Positions 11,451 through 23,224 of a DNA stretch of 64,000 bases are shown piece by piece. The notes beneath the pieces were generated by a model. It searched no databases. It saw only the letters and a program-made list of their open reading frames with translations, and was not told where the DNA came from. The position numbers were made by a program, and so were the translations under genes. This DNA comes from Xylographa opegraphella (Eukaryota): positions 1 through 64,000 of the forward strand of contig JALDZX010000040.1 in the NCBI GenBank assembly GCA_022813865.1, read 5' to 3'. Numbering within the stretch: the first letter of the stretch is position 1; every line of letters starts with the position of its first letter.

Positions 11451-12767
11451 CCGCGACTGCAGCGGAGCCGGGCTGGAGGGGAGGAGGGCCCGAAGAGGGA
11501 GGAAGAGTTATTACGGTCTTAATGCGGGGCGAGATGTCTGATCCATCGCCCCCACTGCCAGCGCATTTGCGCACGGCTGCTAAGGTCTGCTACTACTGGC
11601 AGACCTTAGAAAGAGGTGTTAGCGCTGTCATCAAGGTGTAACTTAATAATAAGGTCTGGTGGTGTAATCGGCAGTTTCGCCGCCAGCGAAAAAGTCGGTA
11701 TAGGGGGTTGTAATCCGGCGGCTTGGATGACGCCAAGACCTTGGACACCACTAATTGAATGAGCTGTCGTGATATTCAAGAACTCAGTGTACAGGGTTGC
11801 TCTCGAGCAAAAGCTGTAAATGTTGGCCGTAGTTTCGGAGAACAGCTACGCAACTTGGCTTGACACGAAAGGGTGCTGAGCCGTATCTTTCGCCACGTAT
11901 AAAGGCGAACTATCAGAAGTACAACCGGTGACGAGAAACTATATCTGAGCCTTCCAGTATCAAAGGATTGATCCAGGTCATGGTCGGCAACATTACACAG
12001 CTGAGTTTGAGAGTAAATAATGCATGCTTACAACCGAAATGTATATTCGTATCAAAAAACTGCAAAGGCTGAAACCATTCTTCTTGATTCCAATAAGTCA
12101 GCCCACGAGATGAAGTATCTGATCAGGTGCAGCCTTAATTTCGAGCACTCTCAAAAGCACTGAACCTGGAGATACAAGACATGTTTGTGTTGTTAAACAA
12201 CCCCTTCCAAGGTTGATTTCGCGAGACCGGACCGAATGCTTCCGTAGTGCGCTAACGCTTCTGAGCATAAAGCTCTCGCGCTTGCACAGGCCAACGGGAA
12301 GTAAACAGCAATACTTTGAACAGCACCTCAAGTCTCCCTCATTGTCAAGTTGATCGCTTAGAAGCCGAATACAGAACGCTGCGTGCAATAAATCACTTCC
12401 AGGGACATTTTTGACTTTAGGAGCCAGAATATCAATCTGATGCTGTCCATTTGGTGGACTTAACAAAACAAGTTATATAGTTCGCGAGACAAGAGCAAAT
12501 CAAAAAATAATGAAAATACGCTTGAGGAATAGAGAGGAGGAGCGAAATTAGACTGCAGAGAATATTACGGATACTGCCACACGAATCCTTGAAAACCAGA
12601 AAAAATTTAAGCTGAACCTTCCAAAAGCTTCTACAAACATACATCAAAAGTGTAAAACAGATGCCAATCAACTCCACCACACCAGTAAAGGCTCTTCGGT
12701 TCTTCAACTCAAACGAGATGCTCCTACTATAACTCGCAATAGACGCCACAAACGTCAATGCCGCAAA

Positions 12768-14560
12768 ATGGAGCAATCTACCTCTCCTTCCGCACTGATA
12801 GCGTCCCGTAATGAAGTGGTGAATCGAGATGCTGAGTCATCAGTAAAAGAGATCTTTCATTCACTTCGCAGCTGTTCTCTGAAGTCATCTCCGATAAATT
12901 CTCCAGCATCAGAGGTCTTAGGATGCCACTACATACCTAACAGTGCTAGCTCTAGCCATATTGAATCATGGAACAACAAAGATACTAATGAGGACTATCT
13001 CGTGTCCGACGAGGATATAGAGAAAGTAAGGGAATTGTGGAAGCAGGTCGGAGAAATGGCAAAAACGGTAAGATCAAGGTCCAATTTATAATGTAATAAT
13101 GTATTAAAAGACTAATCTGTCGTATCCAGTATACATCGATGTCCTCGACTGAATGCCATACAAGTATCTTTGCGCACCGGGGTATCAGGATATGTGAAAA
13201 AAGCGAACTTCGGAGCACCGATATGTGGAGCGAGTTACAACAGAAAGCATCGTCCATATTGGGCTTCAAACTAAGCCAGAACAACCATGAAAAGATAAAA
13301 AAACTTGCGGGATCCAACGTTTACTGCGAGGAGTTGACTGATGAGCAAGCAATATCGCTTCAACGGCAACTTGAGTACCTTCGTACTGATCGTCCGTGGG
13401 TGGAAACTGAATGGAGCTCTTTGGCGTGGCAAACGTTTGTTTTCCGTGGTACAGTTGCCCCAGATGCAAATCGTCCAATCGAAAACCAGGATGCCACAAT
13501 GCGTATTCTCGAGGACCGAACCCAGCGTGTTGTATTTTCAGGAGCACTAGAAAAGGTCGATTCAAGATACCCTCCGATTGTTAGTCATGAAGCTCGGCCT
13601 TCCGTTGCATGTTCAAACGAGCCATGGGAATATTACCGCCAAAAAGGCGGTGGTCGCAGCGGGTATGCATACTGCGATATATCCTACCGCGTTAGCTTTC
13701 GGGATTGGATAAACACTCTGGCAGCGGAAGATCGAAGGAGACTCCACATGTTTCCACTGATGCGACTACTCCCCTCCTCAACCACATATTTACCGTCTCT
13801 TTTGATGTGCGAAGTCAAATCTTCACCTGACATGATCAATGAAGCCAGGAATTATCTCGCATTGCAAGCGGCTACCATGCAACACGAGCGTTTGAAGCTG
13901 TGTTGGCTGGCCCGCTCGACCGACGCACAAGGACGTTTACTCGACTACATAAAAAAGCCATCGTACTTTGTCATTCATCTGCTGGCCCTAGTTGGGCACG
14001 AAGCGCACTATTATATCTGCCGACTTCGCGCAATCGCGTTCGAAAATCTCACCCAAGGTAGAGAAAAATTCGTTACATATGAGATCGTGTTTCAGCGCCT
14101 TTACAACTTAGAGGAGGAATTTGGCATTACGACTTTTTTCGCGACGCTGAACAAGATCTATGTAATTAATCACACTATTGGTCGCGATGCTCAGCTCGCC
14201 GAGTTAAAAGCGGCTTTGAATTCCAAGTGCATGGATATCCCGCATCAGGACCAAACCTTTGCTTGGAAATGCAACTTGAACGAGCCCGTTTTGGTCCTAC
14301 GATCTCCGAAAAAGTATAAGTCCGACCAACTGCTGAATGCACCTGATCCCAAGGCACATGTGGTCACGCCTTGTTTGTTGGCAGAATCAAAAGCGAACGA
14401 AGCGAAAGAGACTACGGACCTCAATGCAAGCACGAATAATGGCCGTATATTGTTATCATCTTGCATTGTTTCTGGCGATGAAGACCCGAGAAACCGAAAC
14501 GGGAAAATTCATAAAGATACGCTCTCTCCTCGTAGAAACAGGTCAGGCTTGGTGAGGTAA
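12768..14560 (+). CDS. Orphan protein with PD-(D/E)XK nuclease-like motif (~576 aa)
   Basis: Exon 12768-13067, GT-AG intron 13068-13129 (gtaaga..ctaat..ccag) and exon 13130-14560 join in frame. Motif YAYCDISY...LPSLLMCEVKSS..EARNYLALQAA. Confidence 0.6.
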
Positions 14561-14588
14561 AGCTTGGTGAAGTAAAGCTTGGCAAAGA
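14548..14588. repeat. 15-bp tandem repeat (~2.7 copies) across the stop codon
   Basis: gcttggtgaggtaaa gcttggtgaagtaaa gcttggcaaag. Confidence 0.7.
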
Positions 14589-14972
14589 TAACCATCTTGA
14601 AGCACCGTCCAACCAAGTAATTAATGGCCAACTTGGCGGTTAGTGCTGTAAACTGTTGTTCAAGATGTATATGCTCAACGTCTTTAAATTGCTTTTCTCC
14701 AAGACAGATTCGTGAAATTGGGCTCTTGATTTATGCAAGATATTTTCTGTCAATAATGCTCTTCCACCTTTGGCTTTCCACATGTTTAGATGGCCGCAAT
14801 ATCTATTTCAGAATAAAACGTATAACTGTAGTGGAATTATGAATACTTTGCAGGAATGTAGTATTCCAAGCTGAGTTTCCATTGTACCACGAAGCTACGC
14901 TTTATATGGGCCGCTAATCTGACCACATGATCCCTTACATAAGCACTATTCCTACAATAAGTTAATAATAAG

Positions 14973-15095
14973 TTGCCTCAGTACCTCAAGCGTGTGGGGC
15001 GCTAAGCCCCTGCGGGTTAGCTTATTGCTCAAGTTAAAAGCAATAAGCTAACCCGCAGGGGCTTAGCGCCCCACACGCTTGAGGTACTGAGGCAA
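14973..15095. mobile_element. 123-bp perfect hairpin MITE (57-bp TIRs, 9-bp spacer) with 8-bp TSD ATAATAAG
   Basis: 14973-15029 is the exact reverse complement of 15039-15095. ataataag occurs at 14965-14972 and 15096-15103. Confidence 0.9.
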
Positions 15096-15371
15096 ATAAT
15101 AAGGGTTGAAGCTAGCCTTACTATAGAGGCTGGTCAGGTAACTTGACCAGCCTGCACCAACAGCGCCCTTGATATACTTGGGGTGGTCTCGATTTAAACG
15201 CCGTCAAGAAATAATTAATCAAATGAAAATTTAAAATGAATTCAAAATCAGCGAAAATTGAATTGCCAAACCTTTTTAATATAAATTCAGTCTTTTTGTT
15301 TTGACTGCCCAGCGCTTCTCTCTCCGCCGGGTATATACAATTTCATCACGACAATAATAACGTTCAGGAAA

Positions 15372-16506
15372 ATGAAGTTTCATACAATAGGGGCTGAACA
15401 GTTTGATTCTGATATTTTTTTCAAGTCGTGGCCTCATCGTCCAGTTAATCTGTTCGATAACAATAATCTTCAACATGCCATTATTACCGCTTTTGAACTT
15501 CCTCATAACGACAGCTTCGTTTACCATGCCGTGGCAAGTGTCACGTTGGCTCAAGTGCAACAAGCCATCAGCCATGGCGGAGAAGGGGGTTTACATGCTT
15601 GGTACCTAAATGAGCAAGGCAAGCCGGTAATAATCTCCTGATAATGATTCAAGCTCTCAATCGCTTGACAATCTGATTCATAGATTTCCTAAACAGTTAC
15701 CGCCACCGCCCTCAACAGATATCACTGCCTACACGTCAATTTTTGCTCCTCATACTGTAACATCCAAAGCTCTGATCGGTCTGGCTGCAAACGCCAAAAA
15801 AGCGTCTATACGGGAAAGCGTTGCCATACATCTGCAAGCTCAACGACATTTACCTTCCAATATAACAGTATCAAAGTCCAAGCAGCATATCAATCCATAC
15901 TATGACTTCTGGTGCTGGTCATGTCAGAACCTCGAATGGGCCGGTCCCACCAAAGACACCGCCGATGTGAAAATCAGTCATCACATTCTTCCAGTCTTCA
16001 TGCATCACTTTGGGTGCATTGTTCCTAGCTATGAGAGCCTAGAGATCATCAAACAAATAGCACGGAAGAGAACCGTGATAGATTTTGGGAGTGGTAATGG
16101 CTATTGGGCATATATGCTTCGAAGACTCGGTGTCGAAGTTCAAGCGGTCGACAACCTGCAGAGTGTTTGGCGAACGCAGTGGATTGGCGATACAATAGTC
16201 AAGAATGGGAATCAGTATCTGCAGGAAGAGAAGGGTTGCAAAAATGCTGTATTGCTACTTGTGTACCCGATCGTTGGTTCGGATTTCACGTCCAAAGTGA
16301 TTGACGCCTACCAAGGTGCTACAATCTGTGTGGCTGGAACACAGAACAGAAACGGATATACTGCCTTCAAGGATAAAACAATCGACGAGTATATGGCTGC
16401 TGAGAGAAAGGATTTCGATAAGATACTACAAATACCGCTTCCTTCCTTTGCAGGTAAAGATGAGGCATTATTCGTATTCGAGAAAAAAGAACCGCAAGAG
16501 CCTTGA
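15372..16506 (+). CDS. Conserved hypothetical protein with SAM-dependent methyltransferase-like motif
   Basis: Exons 15372-15627 and 15697-16506 join in frame. Motif I-like VIDFGSGNGYWAYMLR..VQAVDN. Confidence 0.75.
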
Positions 16507-16923
16507 GAGACACGGTATGCAATCCTGAATGACATGTGAAGCAGAGTGATAGAGGTGTAGTTACGTGTGCAAGTTATATAACTTCGTTTGAGAGAGATGT
16601 CAAATATTTCAAGACGTTGAAAGCTAAAGGCACATTTCTGTAGCTATAGTAAATCATTTGTATTATATACAACATTATATACAACAATCATAATTAGTCT
16701 CCGAGTTTACATCTAACCGCATTCATATTGGTCGGGAGAAAGCTCCAGACCTCGATCAATCAGACATACTGTATACTGTAGGGAAATCGTATAAAGCCAT
16801 TCTCAAAGGACCGAGGAGACAATGTTCTGCAATAAATATAAATGTCTCAAGATCACCCAACTACAGTGACTTGATAATATAGTCATGATATAAAATTTAT
16901 AAGGCACATGCGATATAAACCAT

Positions 16924-19162
16924 CTACGGAAGGCTGAGAAACAAAGCCAGCATGCGAGGAAAGTTCGGCGTGCCTAATCCAGTCACCGGATCCCATCCGG
17001 GCACAGATTCAAACCCGGAAGTAGAGCAGCCAGGATTGCTCCCACAGGTAATGTCATTCAAAACCTCGGGATGAGAGTAAACAGCGGGATTGATGAAGCC
17101 TATGGGTTTCTTGCCGATCAAAAGACGCTCTTCGTTGATACGGTTGACAATCGAGGCGAAGATAGGCGTACTGGCACTCGTACCACCTTCGAGTGTAAAG
17201 CTACCTTCGTTATAAACAGCAATGTTATCACCGTTCGCGGCAACATCAGGATATCCGCGACCAATGCGATTGTAAACACCGCCGTTTTTGCCGAAACTCG
17301 CATTGCCACTGTAATACTTGTACGGCGGGTTGTAATCCGCAAAGAACTTAGCCACAGCTGCAGCTTGATAGCCAGGTATGGGATATATGTTCGAAAACCC
17401 GCCTCCGGATGAGAATGCAACAGAGTAGGGCTCGTTGATCGGGTCGACAACTGCACATTCTGGTTCGAACACTGTTTTGTTCGGATATACCTTGGTAGCA
17501 CCGACATTGGTTAGGTATGGGCAGCTATTAGGCCATGCAGGACTGAAAATGTTGTCCTTTTTGCCCAAACATCCATTCGGGCTGTCGTCACCAGGAGGTC
17601 CCGCAACACCGTCATCACCGGAGGCGTAGAAGATTGAATGGCCTTGCAATCCAAGCTTCATAAACTCGTTGCACTGGCGCTCCTGATAGTACGCAGGAAG
17701 ATCGAATTCTTGGCCACCATAGGATACCGAGATAACGTTAGTTGGTTTATACACACCACATTGAAGTTGGCCTTTATATCCACCAGGGGCAGGATCAGGA
17801 TAAGTAGGATCGAGAACTGGATCATCCCCTGTTTCGCCAAAGGCTGAATATGTACAGTATGACTATATTGAGTCAGCTGAAGCTGAATCCACCTTGAGCA
17901 ATTGGTACTTACACCGTCAAGAGCGTCTAGGAAGGTGTTGAAACCTCCTAACGAAGTCGAGTTAGGATTGGTAGCATAGTTGAGATCATCAGTCTGGTAA
18001 AGGGTGATTGTCTGAGGGTAAATCAAAGGATAGGCTAATTGAAAATCCAAGTCGCTCTCTCCGCCAGCATCTTTCACGGGTACTGGCGCCTCGGCACCAT
18101 CGATGAATGCCGGAATGGGGTGTGTGCCTTTCGGGATGTATGGCGTAAAGTTCGCGAAGAAGAGATTGAGATCTTTTTGAGCGTAGAAGTCTCCTAAAAA
18201 ATAGCAAGATAATCAGCCGACTATAGAAAGACGGATTTCTTGTGATAGCTTACCCTCCTCGAAGATACCTAGAGAGTTGCTTGGATCAGCTTGTCCAAAC
18301 GTCGGCGGCACCTCATACAGCGCAGCCACACAAATGGGAGTGATTGCAACATCGCATGCTTCCAACTCGTTGAGGAGCGTTATCTGACCAGGCGTCCTAG
18401 ATTTGGGAGGTGCCGGAATGCCACCGCCCATGGTCATACCGAATCCGCGCTTAGAATTGCCACGCCGCGAGTGCCCACGCTTTACCGGTGCAGCGAGCTT
18501 GACACCGGGAGTAATATAATCAATGTGCCATTGAACATGTTTGGGCAGTTGATACCTGGTTTGGTTTGTCAATAAGGTAGACAAGAAACAATCTCAGAAG
18601 GGGCACGTACTGGTCGCATGCTGTCTCGATATGCCCATATGACGTATGCTCGTAAACGTAGTACTCCGTATGCAAGAGATTCTCTACTTCTTGAGCGCTC
18701 ACGTCAAATGCCAGCCAGCCCTTGTTGTCGGAATGGGTGATACGCTCCGCTGGAATGCCAGAGTCCACCAGCCACTCTCGAACAGTAGCAACGGCCTCGT
18801 CGGATGGAGCAAACATATCAGCAACTTCCTTAGCATTCCAATGCTTTGCATAATTTGTGGACGCCGGATGAGATCTGTAGGCGGTTATCAGCCAACGGTG
18901 ACATAAACGAAGACGCCCAAGTCAGTTTATAAGCACGGTGTACTACTCACACATCCATGAGGAAGTCATAGCCTTTCTCGAGGTTGCTCTGCCTGAGGCC
19001 GACGCGTACTGGAATAGTAGTAGTCGGAAGGATGCGGTCACGCTTCACCCAACTTGTGGGAGTGTAATCACGCCTCTCGTGGATGGCATGAGTTGCGGCA
19101 TGAGGTGCAGCATAAGAGTATGCTGCGAATAGAACTACGGCAACAGCTTTGAGATGCATCAT
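16924..19162 (-). CDS. Secreted sedolisin (peptidase S53; aorsin/tripeptidyl-peptidase-like), multi-exon
   Basis: Signal peptide, pro-domain (VRVGLRQSNL, FAPSDEAVATVREWL) and catalytic GGESDLDFQLAYPL, SGDDGVAG, RGYPDVAANG, GGTSASTP and GWDPVTGLGTPN. Confidence 0.95.
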
Positions 19163-20214
19163 GAGCAATGCCAGAGATGGCCTCCAATTTCCGCGAGCAC
19201 ATTTTCCAGAACCGGGCACACAGGTCCTCTTATAGGCATCACCTCAAGCCGCAGAATGTAAACACGACTTACAGGCGACGTGCGGACTCTCATCAGCCAG
19301 TACACCAGGGAGAGTGAAATGATTCGACCGTACGCCCTACCTGGGACTTAAAGTCGACCTTGGACTTGAAGCAGAAGGTCGTCTCCGATGAAGCCGTGTC
19401 GCGCGCGAGCAAGCTTCCCCTTTGACTCTAGGAAAGCGTATATTGCCAGGCTTCCTCCGAAGCTTGGGGAAACGAGCGGGAACTCTAGCCGAGAAGTGTG
19501 TCTCATGCAAGATAGCGATAAGCATCATGAAGTCATTGCCCTACAGGCCTACAGGCGGAAAGATGAGCACCACGTCAACCAGCTGGATCAACAGTTACAA
19601 GGCATCAAGATGCGATTCTTCTCTAGATGTCCTCAAAGAGATGCATCACGATAGAGAAATAATAATAATGGTCGCGGCGACATCATGCTCGTACGGGACT
19701 TGCTTCCCAACAGGCATATCGATTCAGGCACCATCGGCGTGCTCGCTCAGAAGGGCTTAGGATCCCGGAGATGGCTTCAGGCTTGATTGACTGCAGGCGG
19801 AAGGCTTTGCTGAAAGTATATGGACTGTATGTGACAAATGTCCATGTTGCTATTGCCTCTCATTGCCCCCAAACAGAATCAAGACAAGGAAATGGCAAAT
19901 CCGGACATGTAAATTTCTCACGTGTTGTTGTCGCCCTTATACGTCTTGAGAGCTTCAGTACAATCTATTCTAAACAGCTGAGAAGAGAGACCGAAGCAGT
20001 AATTTCTACACAAGAAGGAACGAGTAACAGTAAGTCAACTTTACTCAGGTTTCGCTTGTCAGTCATAGCGCGACTTGCCAAGACAACGCGATTTGAACCC
20101 TTCCTCCCTTCTTACAAGTCTCTTAACGTAAGATACCTTGTGGTAGGTACCTGAGTCGACGGTTGTCAGAAAGTCTTCTCTACTCCCGTTTCTATCACAG
20201 ACACCGGGGAAACC

Positions 20215-20950
20215 ATGCTAAAAGGGCGCTCTGGCTTGTCAGAGCCGCTTGAATCAATTGCCGGTAACAATGTCAAGAAGCGGCGCACCAACCTGTGGTC
20301 GCTCGACAGAATTCTTGCCCTCTCTATACAGGATCTCTCTGAACTACCATCCGATACCCTTGTTTCATACCTTGTGGATCTTCAAGAAGCGTATAAGGCT
20401 GTTGGCACAAAGCTCGAAGCGGCAAACCGCCAGCTGAATAATGAAGTTGCAACCACGGGCATTAAAGCAGGAGGGAACATGAACAAGGAACAGGTCAGAG
20501 TCAAAGCGAACAAGCTGTCGAGAATGATGGCGTCGGAGATCAAGAAGCAAATGAAGTGGCAGTAAGCACACGCATCTTAACTTTTTATAACACATTGATA
20601 ATGGATACATCGATAAGACCGTCCTGTAAACCCACGGGGAAACGCTGGTCCTACTCAGCTATGGTGCCCAATGCAGAATTTTTCTCAAGCTCTTCAACTT
20701 CGGTGAAGAGAAGAAGGCGTGGAAGCAGAAAAAAATCACTTCGAATGCGTTTGAGGACATCACTGGAGAATTGAGCGCATCGGTATTGCAACGCTCTCAC
20801 TGCAGCATCCGCAGTTCGCCGGTATCAAGAGGGCTGATAATAGAGCAGATCCGTTATGGCTACTTGGGCATTACCAGCAAGGAAGTAACAATTCGCTGGG
20901 ACGAGGACGATTTGAGCTTCAGTGTCTCAGGTCTCTAAGGACTTGTGTGA
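20215..20950 (+). pseudogene. Conserved fungal hypothetical gene, apparently frameshifted
   Basis: Introns 20562-20617 and 20783-20848. Protein-like reading EIKKQMKWQPSCK..KRWSYSAMVPNAE / FLKLFNFGEEKKAWKQKKI..ELSAS-IRYGYLGIT needs a frameshift at the T-run 20679-20683. TAA at 20936 lies four codons before TGA. Confidence 0.55.
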
Positions 20951-21269
20951 TCTCTGAGAAATCCCGGCTTGTGCCATAGTCCATAAGCTCATAATCCGAT
21001 CCTCATCTGCAACCCTTGAGCTTACCGTTGGTCTTGTGAGTGAATAGTATTGCCAGCTAACGACTTGATTTCGCTAATTTGCATTGGGGAACAGTTGCTA
21101 CCAGGTAGGTCAATCGGTATAACAACTGAGCTCAGGCAACTGGGATGAATCTATAAGGTTCCAGGAGCGCCATATGTAACTCGCATGAATTGAAGTGGTA
21201 CGCTAATCTTAGAGAAAAGATGTTGGTGATATTCGGACTCGACAATATACAGGGTGGTCGGAATTGCTG

Positions 21270-22533
21270 TCAAGGTTCAAATTCTCCTTTATGTATGAAG
21301 TTAAGAATAGCTTGCAATGTATCCTCGGGTTGTTCCTGTTGAACCCAGTGTCCGGCTCCCTCGATTAGGGTGACTCCTTCGAACTTGGTGCACCAGTCGG
21401 CCATCTTCTCAATCACCCCAGGCTCCTGATATGTCCCCCAATCCTTCGCACCAGCAATAAACAAGCAAGGGACCTCTATTTTCTTCCCCGCAAACATGTC
21501 AAGGTCCCGCAATCTTGTAGGATCAGTCTGCACGCGATACCAGTTCAGACCGCCTTGAAACCCTGTTCGACCGTATTCCTGAACGCTGTTGAAGACCTCC
21601 AAGTCAGTAACTTACGGCAAGCATGAAATTTTATGTGCAGGACCTCAGAATTGCACGATAAATAAGGGAGCTTCGGATATATACATACTAAACATCCAGC
21701 TCAGCGTCCGAAAGCCATCTTTGACTCTTGGCTATTCCACTATCTAGTTCTTTTCTTACCGCTTCGCGCATACCGGACTTCAACGGCATGATATAATATA
21801 GAGGCATTTGTGCTAAGTCTTCTGCTGTCCATGCTTTCAAAGGCCGCGGATTGTTCCCAGTCCAGTCCGCACTTTTAATGTAGAAATATCCTCGTAGGAA
21901 TTCTTGTAAACCCTCATTGGGGGCCATTTCCGAGTTGGCCTCCCGAGTGGAGTAGTACCATTTGTAATGCTTCCGTGGATTGGGCAAACGGGCTAAATCA
22001 TGTTGGATATCTCTTCTTGGAGGAGATTCGGTCGTGGAGGACACATCGAAAGGTAATATGGGTGAGCCCTTAAACGGATGACTCAGGAGAACGACTTTAT
22101 GAAAGAAATCGGGTCGTGTTAGGGCGCATAGGGAGGCAGTAACGGCTCCAAAGTCATGGCCGACAATGCAATCCACCTGTCGGTATCCCAAAGCGTTGAC
22201 GAGAACCACCAAGTCACGGACCAGGTTGCTAACAGAAAATGTCGCCAAATCCACATCGTCAAAGCCCGCCGTGTCCCAGCCTGTCGTCCTCCCATACCCA
22301 CGTTGGTCAACAGCCACTGCGTAATACCCTGCCTCCGCAAAACCGGGCATACACTTGCGCCAAGAGTATGCCAGTTCAGGGAAGCCATGAACGAGCAATA
22401 TCAGTGGCTTACCCTTGGCACCAGCCTCAAGGATGTGATATGAAAGATCCGACGCATTATTCGTTATGTATCTTTCATTGAGCGTTGAAGGTAGCGGAAG
22501 CGGCTTGAAGTGCAAAGAATTTGCGGAAGTCAT
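21270..22533 (-). CDS. Alpha/beta hydrolase, soluble epoxide hydrolase family
   Basis: HGFPELAYSWR, DQRGYGRT, VGHDFGA nucleophile, GLNWYR, GAGHWVQQEQP. Intron 21688-21586. Confidence 0.93.
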
Positions 22534-23224
22534 CAAGGCGGGGGAAACAAAAACAAAACTATTGTTTGTTGGTTGATTCAGGGCAAAATTGATACAAAGG
22601 CAATAGCCTATGGCGTTGACTGCGCTGTAGTTATCAACCAGTGTGAGATGTATTCAACGCCCCCTTCTGTATGCCAGGCCAACTAGGCGCAACGCATACT
22701 TTTACTGGAACTCAAAGAGAGACCGGCCACGCGCGCATACTTATATGAGCTCTGTATAATAAATTGATGTAAGAACATGAAATGGTGTTGACGTGTTTCA
22801 AGAAATGATGTCAGAAGCCATGAGTTACCTTAACCTACCTTACATAAAGGCTGGACCGACGTGGACCGGGGATTTTCTTGGCCAAATTAGACGCTTGCAT
22901 GACACAACTAATTAGTTATTGCTGCTGTACGGCCTCGTCCTCTTTCATTACTGCATACCCAAGGTCACATCCCTAAGGCTACATCCCTACTGCGCATCTC
23001 ATGCCCCATACTTCTATTCCGATTGTCAAGATGCTGCGCCGATGTTCGTGGAAGGTTATCGCGTCTACTTAACAAGCTGCGGTGATCCGGGATTTTTTCA
23101 CTGGATATGCACGCACAGCCACATCTCCATTCCTAGCCATACCATCTCGGAACAAACTGAGCTTCGCGCACTTGTATGCTATAGTTTCCCTTTTTACGAG
23201 GTTGAGAAAGCTCTAGTAAACAAC

